Shown here: positions 22,701 to 35,163 of the stretch, piece by piece
Numbering within the stretch: position 1 is the first letter of the stretch
How the letters are laid out: every line of letters starts with the position of its first letter
Source: Mesotaenium endlicherianum
Lineage: Eukaryota
Length of the DNA: 64,000 nucleotides
Direction: 5' to 3'
Assembly (NCBI GenBank): GCA_009602735.1
Contig: WELA01001210.1
Location: forward strand, 11,004 to 75,003
The notes under the pieces: generated by a model
Seen by the model: only the letters and a program-made list of their open reading frames with translations
The model's database searches: none
Told to the model about the DNA's origin: nothing
Translations under genes and position numbers: made by a program

Positions 22701-24001
22701 AATGGGCATCTGCAATAGTTGTTCGGGCCGAAAGCCGGTGACACATGGTGTCGAGAGCACCAGGCCCAATCACTCAGTTTCATTGACCAGTGCGGAGAAA
22801 CGCCCTGCCTACTGGAGTTTCAGAAATTCAATGTTAGAAGCAAACATATAAATGCAAGCAATAACATGCTTGCGGCTATCTTCCGCGGTTGTTGGGTTGT
22901 GGCGGCGGGCTTCATCAAAGTTGGTCACTTGCTTGCATTCGTTCATGCTCGAGGCTTTGGGTTGGGTCAGAGCCATTTTGTTCAGCCAGTTCGACAACGC
23001 GCAAGTAAAACAGAGGGACAGACGTCTGGAAAGCTAGAGGTTACAGTGTTGGTATGAGCAGGAGCGATTAAGAGGGGAACACGGTGCGTTTGGTGAGCCT
23101 GAGGCCCGGAAGATGGGGTTCGGGGATGGGTGCCCACTGTTTCACAAAAGAAAGGGAGCAAAAATTGAAATCCACCATTTGTAAACGAAGGGTGGCCTCC
23201 TTTTTGAAAGAAGGTGCCGTCTCCACCGTTTTGCTTCAGTTGTCGAATGCATTTGCCCTCTCCACCTTTTGAAAAGACGGGAAAATTGCCAACCACCCAA
23301 TGTCCCTTCTAAGGGTGATTGAGAGGATTTGAGAGGAACCCAAGAACTGAAAGTCTAACTTACGGTTTCGTTGGATTGTTCTGGTATGGTTCTGGTCAGT
23401 TTTGTTGATCAGCTGGTGATATCAGTTTTATGGTAAATTGTTTTATGGTAAATTATGTTAAAAGCCTCGCATTGACCAAAAACCAGGTAATCCCGTCAAC
23501 AAGCAGGCGTATGCTTGAAATCACTCGAAATAGCTTGAAAAATTCCTTGTCCGACGTGGCATGGCGTATGCAAAGAGTACGATTAGGTGGCACTGGATAC
23601 GGAAACTGGACACGACCAAGCACAGCAGAGCTTCCATCTCTCAGGCCCTCAAGACCACTTGGGAGCACTTGGGAGTCGAGACACCTCGGGAAATTGCATG
23701 TAAGTTGGACTAGCTTAAAATGACGTGGCAATCGCAGATGTATCTGGACACTTTCGACAGAAACCGCTCTTCGTTGCAAATTCCTCTAATTTCCATGGAA
23801 AAGAAAGCCAAGTTGTATGTTTTGCATCAATTGTCCCGTTGACATTCCTCACTAGAGAATTTGCAATTTTTGCGTTGAGAGGCTGTGGAGTCATAAATGC
23901 GGCTCTAGGAAGAATGACACATGCTTGTGCATTTTCTTTGGACCGCAATACCGGCTTTAAGGAATGTCAAAGTGCACGTGCTTAAATATATAGATACCGA
24001 A

Positions 24002-26553
24002 ATGGGTTCAGAAGGACCAGCCTCATTTCAGGTCAAGTCGGTCAGCATTCCTCAGCAAAAGACGTACGAGAATCGGGTCTTCCCTCTAGTATTATCTCCT
24101 GCTATTAATACTGGTACTTTTCATCAAACTGAAGCTCACGCGTCACCAGATCAGCATAACGGAGAGCCTAGTTCTGGAGCTTCTAGCCCTGGAAGTATAG
24201 GTATACTTGATGTAGAAGCTTGGGTAAGGCAGCAGAAAATATGGATCGAGAATCAGTTGCTTGAGTATGGTGCCGTACTTCTGAGGGGTTTCCCCGTCGA
24301 GTCAGCCGCAGATTTTAATCGTGTAGTGGAGGCTTTTGAATGGGAGGAGCTCCCTTACGTCGGAGGTGCAGCTCCGAGGACCAACGTTGTTGGGCGAGTG
24401 TTTACCTCAAATGAATCACCCCCAGACCAGAAGATACCCTTTCATCACGAGATGGCTCAGGTAGGAGCACTTTCATCATGCATCTTCTTAGTATTGGTGC
24501 AGAGTCGCGCCCTAATGACCTGTGGGTAAGCTGCAAAAGATACTGTTGGACATGGTATTAAGATGTCTTCCTTGAGGACTGGAATGTTTGCTACCTTTTT
24601 CCTTGTCTTGTTTGTTGGCAAGCAATGTCCTGCTTTGACGCAGTGAGCAGCCGGTTGCTGTTTGGTCGAGGTCGTTGGCTGGGTTAGTTTCGTGAGTTTT
24701 GTGCAGGTTTTCTTTTGTATCCTCTTCGTTTTTCAAGTACGCAAGCAGTAGGGCAGGAGACGTTTGGGCAGTGTTTTCCGAGCAGTCCAATCAGTACAGC
24801 TCCTGACTGAAGCTACATATATTTGTTATCATAAAGCAGCTCACTGCAAAGAGCTTCCGCCTTCAGCGCCCCGTGGCACACTGTGCTAGTCATGGACGTC
24901 AGTATGCAGCTAACTTCCGGGCAGGCTAATGCATCAGCAGGCTTTTGACCTTAGCTCGGTGACAAATGGACCCAGACCACTCCCGCCAGGCCAGGCTGGG
25001 GGGCCACGCGCCTCGGGCTAGTGAGAGCTAGCGAGTGAGCGAGCACGCAGCTGGCAGCAGGTGCTTTTGGAGCCCATCTTTGACTCGTCAGCGCATCTTT
25101 GACTATGTCAGCCCGTCGTTGACTTAAGTCAAAACGCTCCTGGCAGGTCCCCGAGTACCCAGCCAAGCTCTTCTTCTTCTGCGAGGTCCCGCCGGCAGAG
25201 GGCGGGGAGACCCCAATCCTGCTGAGCCATGAGGTGGTGCAAACCATGGAGGCTCGGTGGCCCCAGTTTGTGAGGGAGCTGCGCGAGAAGGGCCTGGTGT
25301 ACACGCGCGTGCTGGGCGAAGGCGACGACACCACGTCGGCCATCGGGCGCGGCTGGCAGTCGACGTTCCTGACGACTGACAAGGAGGAGGCCACCAGCAG
25401 GCAAGCACGCGCAAAGCAGCCCCCCCCCCCCCCCCNNNNNNNNNNNNNNNNNNNNNNNNNNNNNNNNNNNNNNNNNNCCCCCCCCCCCCTCTCGCGTGTC
25501 TTTTTGAGCGCACCTCTTTTGTCTCTTTTCTTTTCTCTTTTTTCCTTTTGCGCTTCCTACCTGGCTTTTGCAGTATACATGCAAGCAGCGTGTGTCGAGT
25601 CGCGTCTCCTGGGTCAAGGGGGGAGGACTGGTTTGATGTTTGACCAGGCATAAGCCCATTGGAGGTCGAGGACACCGCAGGCAGGGCCGCGGAAGGGTGT
25701 GGGGACGATTGGGCAGCAGTGAGGCTTGAAGCTCAGGCCTGCGTTAGGTGCAAAGTGAAGGGCAAGGGCACAGGCTGCTTGCACGCGAGCTTTCATGTGT
25801 GCAACAGTGCCATGTGGCATGGCCTTTCTTGTCGAGGGGAGATGCCGAGGAGATCAAAGGCAGCTTATATGTAAGCACGTAGCAGTTAATGCATGAGGGA
25901 GAAGATGGGGTGTCGCTTTAAGGCTCTCCGGTAACATAGCGAGAGAAGTTTATTTTTTCCCCTCACGTCTGGCCACCCCTGCATGATGTTTAGCCTTCGC
26001 CCCTAGGCTTCGCGTTTTTCCATCGATACATATATAGATGCATATGTATACATATGTATACATATGTGTTCAGTGATACTGCCCTCCTCGTTTCTGCGTG
26101 TGACCCTATTTATTGTCCAAGTGTGGCGCTGCAAACGTTCTGGCTTCTAAGTGCGGTTTTTTCTTCGGGTTTGGGCGCTGCCGCTGCAGGGCAAGGCAGT
26201 TGGGGGTGACCCTCGAGTGGCTGCCGAATGGCAGCGTGAAGACCGTGTCGGGCCCCCTGCCAGCGCTGCGCAGGGACGAGCGCACGGGCCGTGAGGCGTG
26301 GTTCAACAGCATGGTGGCCGCGTTCACGGGATGGCAGGACTCGCGCAACACGGCCGAGAAGACGGTCACTTTTGGCGACGGGACCCCCCTGCCCCGGGAG
26401 GCGGTGCTCGACTGCTCGGCCATCATGCAGGCAGCTTCTGTGGCCGTGCCGTGGCAGCGGGGGGACGTGCTTCTCATCGACAACCACACCGTGCAACACT
26501 CTCGGCGCGCCTTCCGTCCCCCCCGCCGAGTCCTTGCATCTCTCGCCAAATGA
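24002..26553 (+). CDS. Clavaminate-synthase-like (TauD/TfdA) Fe(II)/2-oxoglutarate dioxygenase, ~358 aa; exons 24002-24460, 25147-25400, 26190-26553
   Basis: YGAVLLRGF, YVGGAAPRT, IPFHHEMAQ (HxE), FFFCE..GGETP, WQRGDVLLIDN..VQHSR; phase-consistent splice sites; resembles Arabidopsis At3g21360-type proteins. Confidence 0.92.
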
Positions 26554-27673
26554 TTTTTTTGCATGACAGAACGATGTGCCAAATCTGATGTTGTCGTTGT
26601 CTTGTAGGTCGTTCCTCTACTGCAACAATTGGAAGAGACAAATGATGTCCTCCGCAGAAGTTATACTTAGTTGTGTTTTGATATGTTGTAGCGGTGTCAC
26701 AGGCGAGTCAAATAAACCTTAGGATACAGTGCATCCTTGTCATGGCACTAGTGCAGCGGGTATTGCCATTTGTTGGTACAATAAACTTCTAGGTCATGTA
26801 GTAGTGCCGTGCAAGGGCGGAGGAGGCAGGTTGTTCTTTCATTTCATGAAGAAGCATACAAGTACTGTGCGATTCTATGCAGCTGCTATCACATGCGGCA
26901 ATATTGCAGGGTGTATGTTCTCCTCGATCCTTGGAACTTGGCATTGCTGAATGTTTCAACTGAGATTTAACGGCCGTCTTTGTGGAATTCCAAGCCTTTG
27001 CTCATGTGCTCATAGAGTCGTCATTCACTTATCGGTGGGATGTATTATGGGACGTCTGGGTATGTGTGAGGTATATTGTACAAATGGATACACGGGGACA
27101 AAGTGACGGGTAAAATTGTTGAGCTATACATACTTGGAAGTAGGAAGGCCAATAGAAATTATGCAGACTAGAGCATCCAGTAATCGTTAGTGCCGTTAAC
27201 GAGTTGTTTACTTAATATTGTCAAGACTTAATTTTGGCGCCTTGCTAGTCAATCACACTCCAACGCACGTCTACCCGTGCGGCCAATGTTGCGCTAGTGG
27301 GGCTGGCCCCCATATTACCGACCTAGATTAAGCATCCCAACGGGTTGAGTGGTAACTTGACGTGAATTGTGCTAGAACATTGCGCGAAGGTGAGCTTGAG
27401 GAATGAATGTATATTGTATAAATTTTACAAACATGCGTTATCTGAAGGTTGATATGAAGCGGCATCTCTAAACAAATCGAACATTGAAACCTGTTGAACT
27501 CAAGTGGTAGTTTGAAGTGACTTGCCGTTTTGCGCTTGTTTCTGATTGCTTTAACAAATCAAATGTGCGAATAAAATTAAATTGAATTCTAGAGGTTTAG
27601 GAAATTGATGTCAAAGAGGTGGAGATGTTGTGCCCATCCGTGTGCCGAGCCTGTGGGCTTGGTGGCTAATGAG

Positions 27674-28338
27674 TGTCTTAGCAACCGCACTAAAACCTTA
27701 TGGTTGACCATGAGGAAAGCGTATTGCCTAGACCAAGCAAGGAAGGCCCAAAGGATACTATAGCTGTTGGTAAGAGCTCTGAAGCATCTTCAGGCAAGAG
27801 TGCTCTAGCCTCCATGTCCAGCAGAGTGGTGTGCTCCCTCCTTAGGATCACCCTTCTCACAATCAACAGCATCAAGCCTCCTAGGGAGCTGAGGATGCAC
27901 CTGAGCAGGAGGGAAAGTTTATAAATACCAAAGAGGGGAGGATACATATGAGTGCAATGGCAGGGTCCTGGCTAGCTGATCAACAGCCAGCAGAACCCCA
28001 AAAACAAAAAATAAGATAAGCGATAAGGAGACCCAATGACCCCCCCCCTTCCTAGCTTAGGACTAGTCAGCTGAGGAGTATAGTCAGCTGCAATTGGGAC
28101 ACACCCATGCGTCACCCGGGACGCGGCTGATCAGAGGTGTGGGGCAATAGATGTGGTACCCTGCATTACAAGCATTGCAAAGCAACATCTTGGCGGGCGG
28201 TTTGGCTTCTGGCAAATTTGAATGGGTACTTTGGGGAAATAAAACAAAGTCGGGCCTTGCGCAGCTGCGCTTGGAGTTAGGGGCTTGGCACACTTCGTAA
28301 TCCTCATACAAACTCATGCAAATATTCAACACAATCAC
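27674..28338 (-). mobile_element. 3' remnant of an LTR retrotransposon ending in a PHD finger, PPT and ~367-bp LTR
   Basis: MLLCNACNAGYHIYC..VPGDAWVCPNCS stop at 28084; PPT AGGAAGGGGGGGG 28053-28041; LTR-like 28040-27674 with GTCATTG..AAGACA ends and TATA-like TATTTATAAA near 27925. Confidence 0.6.
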
Positions 28339-29360
28339 AAGGAGTTCATAAGGCTAGAGTGAATGACAATAAGTTAATAGCCAAATGGATACTTTGGGAC
28401 AAAACAACAAAGTCGAGCCCTGCGCAGCTCTTGGCAAATGTTAGCACATTTTTAGCCAAAAGGGTACTTGTTGGCACGACAAAGCTAGCAATGCTGCAGC
28501 TGCCGAGGGTTGTATATGAATGGATGGGAGAGTGAGGGGTTTGGCACTCTCCTAAATTATCATACAAAGATATGCAAATAGTCACCATACCCACATTTTG
28601 TTCTCGAATCTTAAGGGCAGTGTACATGTTAACGAGGTACTAGCCACATGGGTACTTTGGAGCACAACGATGTGATCGGGCCCAACTCTACTAGCGATGT
28701 TGAACCGTCGAGGGTTGTAATATCAATGGATGGGGGAGTTAGGGACTTGGCATAGTCCCTAATCCTCATACGAGATATGCAAATTGCCACCATAGCCACA
28801 ATGTCTTCATAAAGTAGTGTAAATTCTAGCGAGGTATGAGCCAATTGGGTACTTTGGGACAACAACGTCAGTGGCTTGGCACTCCCCTTCATCCTCACAC
28901 CAAAACATGGAATAGGCCACCATAATAACAATGTGTTCATAAAGGCAATAAAAATGCTGTATGAATACTAGCCAAATAGGTATTATGGGCCTAGTTATGG
29001 AATACGTAAAACGAGTACGTATTGCAAAAATACGTGTAGAAAATGGAAATACGTGTATATTACGCTTTTCCAAGATTCTTGGAAAAATTGGCAGGGCTTA
29101 CAACTTTCAAATTGCTCAGAAACTATGAGCCTATTGGTCACAAATGGTGGAGGACTCAATTTGCTATAATATGAAGGCGGTGAAAGTAACGAATTCATTA
29201 CTAAATTTTCAAACCGCCAAAGATTCATGTTATTTTGTCGGGACGCGTATTTTGAGTATTTTCAAAATACGGCAGAATACGTGGTGCTTTACGTCACTCG
29301 CCGACAACACGCGAGTATCCCGCAACTAAGTTTATGGGGCAAAACAACAAAATCATGCCC
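28220..29360. repeat. Degenerate tandem repeat, about 5 units of 150-260 bp
   Basis: Recurring tagccaaatgggtactttgggacaaaacaa and gggcttggca..ctcatac..atgcaaat blocks. Confidence 0.65.
28991..29330. mobile_element. Possible MITE (hAT-like)
   Basis: Imperfect TIRs tagttatggaatac / gtatcccgcaacta; flanks ttatgggc / ttatggggc; interrupts one repeat unit. Confidence 0.4.
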
Positions 29361-29967
29361 ACCAAGGATGGCGCGATTGAGCCTTGCGTGAGTTAAGGGG
29401 TGAACTGCATCCATTAATTTCAAGAAAAAATCATGAGCATAAAGAGCATGCAAGGTGGAATAGCAGTGCATGAAGGGCCCCAAGCATTTATATGAACTCG
29501 ATGAAAGGGGACAAGCGCATAACAAGGAGGTGCTTCATGAATCTTTTACACTCTACACAGGTACAAATACAAATACAACCTATATAATATCAGCCTGAAA
29601 GACTTGCACCAACGTCTTTAGAGAACGACCATTTAGAAGTCATTGTGGCCATCCCTTATTCCATTATATTATAAAACCTGAATTTCACAGGAAATCTACA
29701 ATTTACTATCAATTAATGGTGGTATGGTTGTGACCAAGGCATTCTTTGAAAAATTGTGCGCTAAAACTCATAGTGTTTTATGCATATCAACAACAAATTA
29801 AACCCCCAAAGATATAGGATTTATGGGGAAAACGGGTAAAAATAACAAAATCAAGTGTGAATTCTCAATTTGTCAAATATAATATTCGTAAATTTTATAG
29901 CAAACATGAGCATTACATTGTAAACATGAAAGAAGACAATCGGAATCTAAAGGAAAGAAAACCTAAG

Positions 29968-32900
29968 TGTAATGAATCAGTATATTAGTAGATATAACAT
30001 TCATTTAAATATAATAGTTAATTAAGTTCAGCCTGCTGAACACTAGTTATTAATCAGTCTGCTGGACTTAATATTTAATACCAGTTTAATGACTCAGCCG
30101 GAAGCAGCAGGCTGAAGTCCATTTGAGTCAACTTGCTGACACATTCTTTGACAGCCAGCTGACTTCCGTACTCGGTAGCAGCGAACTGCCTCGATATGCA
30201 TCTAAGTGTGGTATGCTAGATGAATGGCCAGATGACATCCCTATGGTGGATGGCTATTCGGGATGATGGGAGATGGCGGTGGATTTGGTTAACCGAGGTC
30301 CTACCAACGTGGTTAACTCCCGGGTAGGCGGTGCCATCGCACTGGCCGTTGAACAGTAAACTCATTCCATGTACATATGCTAGGCATTGCTCTCGAGTTC
30401 GGCATTCGGAAACGAGGNGATTCGGAAACGAGGCCAACNNNNNNNNNNNNNNNNNNNNNNNNNNNNNNNNNNNNNNNNNNNNNNNNNNNNNNNNNNNNNN
30501 NNNNNNNGCACTGTCTTCTAACCTTGCTTATGTATGAGTTTACTGATTTGCATTGTCCATACTAGTTCACCCGCATTTGACTTACGAGTATTATTCACTG
30601 CTAGTGTGTTGTCCTTTGCCGTTTAACCAGTTAACAGAAAATACCATAAANAAGGGAAATATGGCATCAAGGGCCAATGTTCTGAACCCACCTCCTGCTG
30701 TACAACTCAATGTACCCCTAGGTCAAATACGAGACCGGCTGAATGCGGCAGGAATTGCTGCTGCAGGAGCGAGAGGGATTGTTGAGGACACTACTCAGCG
30801 AGTAGATGCCAATGCTGCTGCTGCATTTGCTAATCTACCACCCCAGAGTGTAGACTTGGGAGCATTGTTCGTTCAGATGCAGTCGCAAATGGCGACCATG
30901 TATCAGTCCCAGCAGGAGGACAAAAGAATCATAATGTCCCTACTGCGGGACAGAGACCAACTGGGGTCTCAAACCACTAGTGGTGGTGGCCGAGGGCCTA
31001 GTAAGCCCAAGCCGAAACCTCCCCAGGACTATGATCCTGAGGGAAACAGAAAATATTACCTGATCAAGTTTCTCGCGGATGTTGAGCAGTGGCTGGAGAA
31101 CTACCCAGAACTGCAAGATCACGAGAAGGTCAGGCACACTGGTGCGCTACTGAAAGGCAGTGCCGCAGACTGGTGGCTTTACTGGAAGGAAGAGCGTAAG
31201 GCTCGGCAACTCGGTGACCCTACGTGGGTAGAGTTTGTCGAGAAGTTGCATGAGAAGTTTGATGTCGGCAACCAGCAGGAGAAAGCTATCTATGCGATGA
31301 TCTCCCTGACACTGAAGCAGATCACTTCAGGTGCTGAGTTTGCTCAAAAGTTCCAAGAGAACATGATGAAGCAGCCAGATTTGCCAGAATGGTATAGAAT
31401 AACATACTTCAGGTATGGCTTGAAATCCGAGGTCTCTGGTCATTTTGCTGAGAAAAAGTATGAGAAACTGGCTGACTTGATCCACGATGCTGATGCCTGG
31501 GATCAGCAGCAGTTCAATCACAAGCGCCAGAGTAACGCTTTGGTGTCTAAGATTGTCAAAAAGCCCCACGGTTCCTACAATGCAGTTGAAGGAGNGGGCT
31601 GAGGATGATCAGGGTGATGGATATGAGTATGAATATAATGCCATACAGTCTAGAGGTAGAGGTGGTTCCTCTCGAGGCGGCTATGGAAGAGGTGGTGGTA
31701 GGACTAAGCCGAGACCAGCCTCAGCAAAATCCACTTGCTACCATTGTCAGCAGTTAGGCCACTACAGAGAACAGTGTCCGGTCAAGCACCTGCCTAAGGT
31801 CGAGAGAAAAGACCAGCCTTTAAAAGACAGCAACAGTCAGTAATCCAGTCTACTGACTGTGAGGATGCTAGAGATAGTGAGTCGTCACTAGCTGCCCTCG
31901 TAGCAGGTATTATGGGTCCTGCTGAACTGGATTCACTATGCATGCCTGACAACCAGATAAAGGAGACCATCAGCAATATAGACGTCCAGAGAGTGCACAC
32001 TCTGGATGCTCTTGTTCCACCTGATGTCCAACATTTCTTTGCTACGTCAGGAGAACAATGCGAAAGTCAGGAAAAGACAGTCCCCCCTATCCTACTGCAT
32101 TGCATGATTGCAGGTAGGAAGGTGAGGGCATTTGTTGACGGAGGGGCGTCACATACTTTTATCCACAAGGACTTAGTTAAGCGGCTAAGGCTGCCTACTG
32201 TCACCCAAGGGAATAGAAAAATATTCCTTGGAGATGCCTCAAGTATCCCGGGAGGAGTTATAACCAAGCCTATTGAGGTCCAGTTAGGTTCTGGCATTGC
32301 AGTTCTAACTGAAACGCTTACATTTGAGGTACTCAACACTGGCTTTTATGATCTCGTGCTAGGCAGGTCCTGGCTTAATAGACATCAAGCTGAAGTGTGT
32401 TGGAGCAGAGGTACAGTTAAAGTGAGAGGAGCCAGTGATGGGCAGAGTGACTTGTCACCCACCAGTGTTCTTCCTCTTGTCCTGTGTGGATGGCAAATGA
32501 AGGAATAGAAGAGGCTTCCAGAAGGATGCAAGTTGCTGAATGCAATGGAGTTCGTCAAAAGCTGGAACCAGAAGGAAGACAGAATGTTCTGTCTGCTGCT
32601 AAGAGAGGTACCTCCTCAACCTGAAGAAGTGGTTGAGAAAAAGGTAAGCCCTCCGGAGCACCCTACTGCTGCGAAAATTGTTGCTCAGTACACGGATGTG
32701 TTTAATATGCCTCCAAGACTACCCCCTAAGCGGGAAGTAGATCATAGGATGGATTTATTACCTGGTAGTCAGCCACCCTGGCAACGCACTTATGGCTTGT
32801 CTTATGTGGAGAGCGAGGAGTTGAAAACACAGATTGCAGAGCTTGAAAAAAATGGTAATATTTCTCCCAATAATCACCTTACGGCGCACCCATCCTGTTT

Positions 32901-35163
32901 GTTAAGAAAAAGAATGGCAGTATGCGGATGTGTGTGGATTATAGAGCTCTGAACAGAATTACGGTAAAGAACGAGTATGCCTTACCCAGGATCGAGGACT
33001 TGCTTGATACCCTGTCTGGTTCAAAGGTGTTCAGCAAGATAGATCTCAAGAGTGGTTATCATCAAATCAGAATTGCTGAAGGGGATGAACACAAGACTGC
33101 CTTCCGCACACGTTATGGACACTATGAGTTCAACGTGATGCCATTTGGACTGACTAATGCTCCTGCCACCTTCATGGGTGCTATGAATGACATTTTCAGA
33201 CCTTATTTGGATAAGTTTGTGCAAGTTTTCCTGGATGATATTTTAATTTTCTCTAAAGATGAAGCTCAGCACACTGAACACTTAAAGACTGTCCTCGACA
33301 CTCTGAGGAAGAATCACTTATATGCTAAAATGAGCAAGTGTGATTTCTTTAAGGAAAGTATTGAATTCTTAGGCCACGTTGTCAGTAAAGAGGGCATCAG
33401 TGTGGATCCTAAGAAAGTTTAGACCATAAGGGACTGGCCACTACCACAGTCTGTCTCTGAAGTTAGATCCTTCCTCGGGTTGGCTAACTACTAAAGAAGA
33501 TTTATTGAGAATTATTCCACAAAGGCCAGTAAGCTGACTGACCTTACTAAAAAGGACGTAGGGTACGTGTGGGGGGAAGAGCAGCAGGCTGCCTTCCAAA
33601 CCCTTAAAGAGGCCCTTTGTTTTGCCCCAGTGCTAGCCGTGTATGACCCCAGCAAACCGGTGCAGGTGGTTACTGATGCCTCTGACTTCGCCATGGGTGC
33701 TATTTTGTTGCAGCCTGCTGACAAAACCACAAAGGATGGTAAGCTACGGCAGGATTGGCATCCTGTGTTGTATGAGTCTCTGAAATTTAATCCAGCGAAG
33801 ATTAATTACTTAGTGCATGATAAAGAGCTGCTAGCTATCATTCATGTACTCAAACAGTGGAGAGCTTACTTACATGGTAAAGTTTTTAAGGTGATTACAG
33901 ATCATCTAGCTCTGACTCACTTTCAGAAGAAGTCCAAGCTGTCGAGGAGGGAGAACCGCTGGAGCCAGATGCTGGAGCAGTTCCAAGTCCAGATCGACTA
34001 CAAACCAGGGAAGTTGAATCTTGCTGATGCACTCTCTAGAAGACCTGACTTGCAAGAAAGGAACTTTAGTGAGCATGCTGTAGATATAGTCCTGTGTGCA
34101 CTCACTTCACTAAAGGTGAAAAATTCCTTCTTTGAACAACTTAGGAAAGCCTACCTTTCTGACCTAACATTTGAGCCTAGCCCCACTACTGGTATGTGTC
34201 GTGCTACTACACTCGGGTATAAGCTCAAGGGAGGGGTCTAGGTGACTGAAACCACTTCAGGCAGGCTGAAGCTAGTCATTCCTAATAACTTGGTAATAAG
34301 GTCTCTCTTACTGAGTCAAGCGCATGACAGTCTCCTGGGTGGACATTTTGGGCAAGCCAAAACTGTTGGCAAATTGGCAAAACATTATCATTGGGAGGAG
34401 TTACCACGGGAGGTCTTGAAATATGTCAAGTGTTGTGACCAGTGTCAAAGAAATAAGTCTCGGCATACACCACCCGGAGGTCTCTTGCAATCACTGCCCA
34501 TCCCAGCTGGACGCTGGAAAACTATATCCATGGACTGGGTGGTCTCACTACCACGAACTGCCAATGGGCATGATTCAATACTGGAAGTCGTGGATAAACT
34601 GACAAAAATGATCATTTTTATCCCAAAAACTATCAAAGTGACTGCACTCGAAACAGCGAGACAGTTCTACAACCATGTAGTATGCCAACATGGGCTCCCT
34701 TCTAATATCATCTCAGACAGTGACTCAAATTCATCTCTAAGTTCTGGAGAGCTTTAATGGGGTTAATGGGAGTCAAACAGCTGCTCAGCACAGCAAACCA
34801 CCCTCACACTGATGGCCAGACTGAAAGAACTAACCGAGTTTTGCAGGAGGTGCTGAGAGCATATATTAACCAAAAACAAGATAATTGGGATGACCTGTTG
34901 CCTCAAATTCAATTTGCGGTCAACAGTGCGGTGCACGCGTCAACGGGCAAGACTCCTTTTGAACTCAGCCTGGGTAGAGTCCCTAAGTCCCCTCTAGATG
35001 TGTTGGGGGAGTCTTTAACAACATCTTCGGGAGCTGACATTTTCTAAAGGCGATTTAGTCAAACTGCATTCTCAGCACCTGTACCTCCCTGGTGTGGTCA
35101 AGAAAAAGCTTGGCCTTGTCTGGGTCGGTCCATATTCGGTGGTGCGTCGTGTCGGTCAGAATG
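29968..35163 (+). mobile_element. Decayed plus-strand copy E of the main family
   Basis: 5' LTR from 29968 (gapped), gag 30652-31843, pol to 35163 with several stops and frameshifts; cut in integrase by the B2 LTR. Confidence 0.92.

Noticed and set aside
23065..23312. Possible Tourist-like MITE (ggtgcgtttgg ... ccaaccaccc)
   Set aside because: TIR match weak and no clear TSD.
30410..30660. LTR joined directly to mid-gag without PBS, and a short duplication
   Set aside because: Junctions coincide with N characters; likely assembly artefacts.
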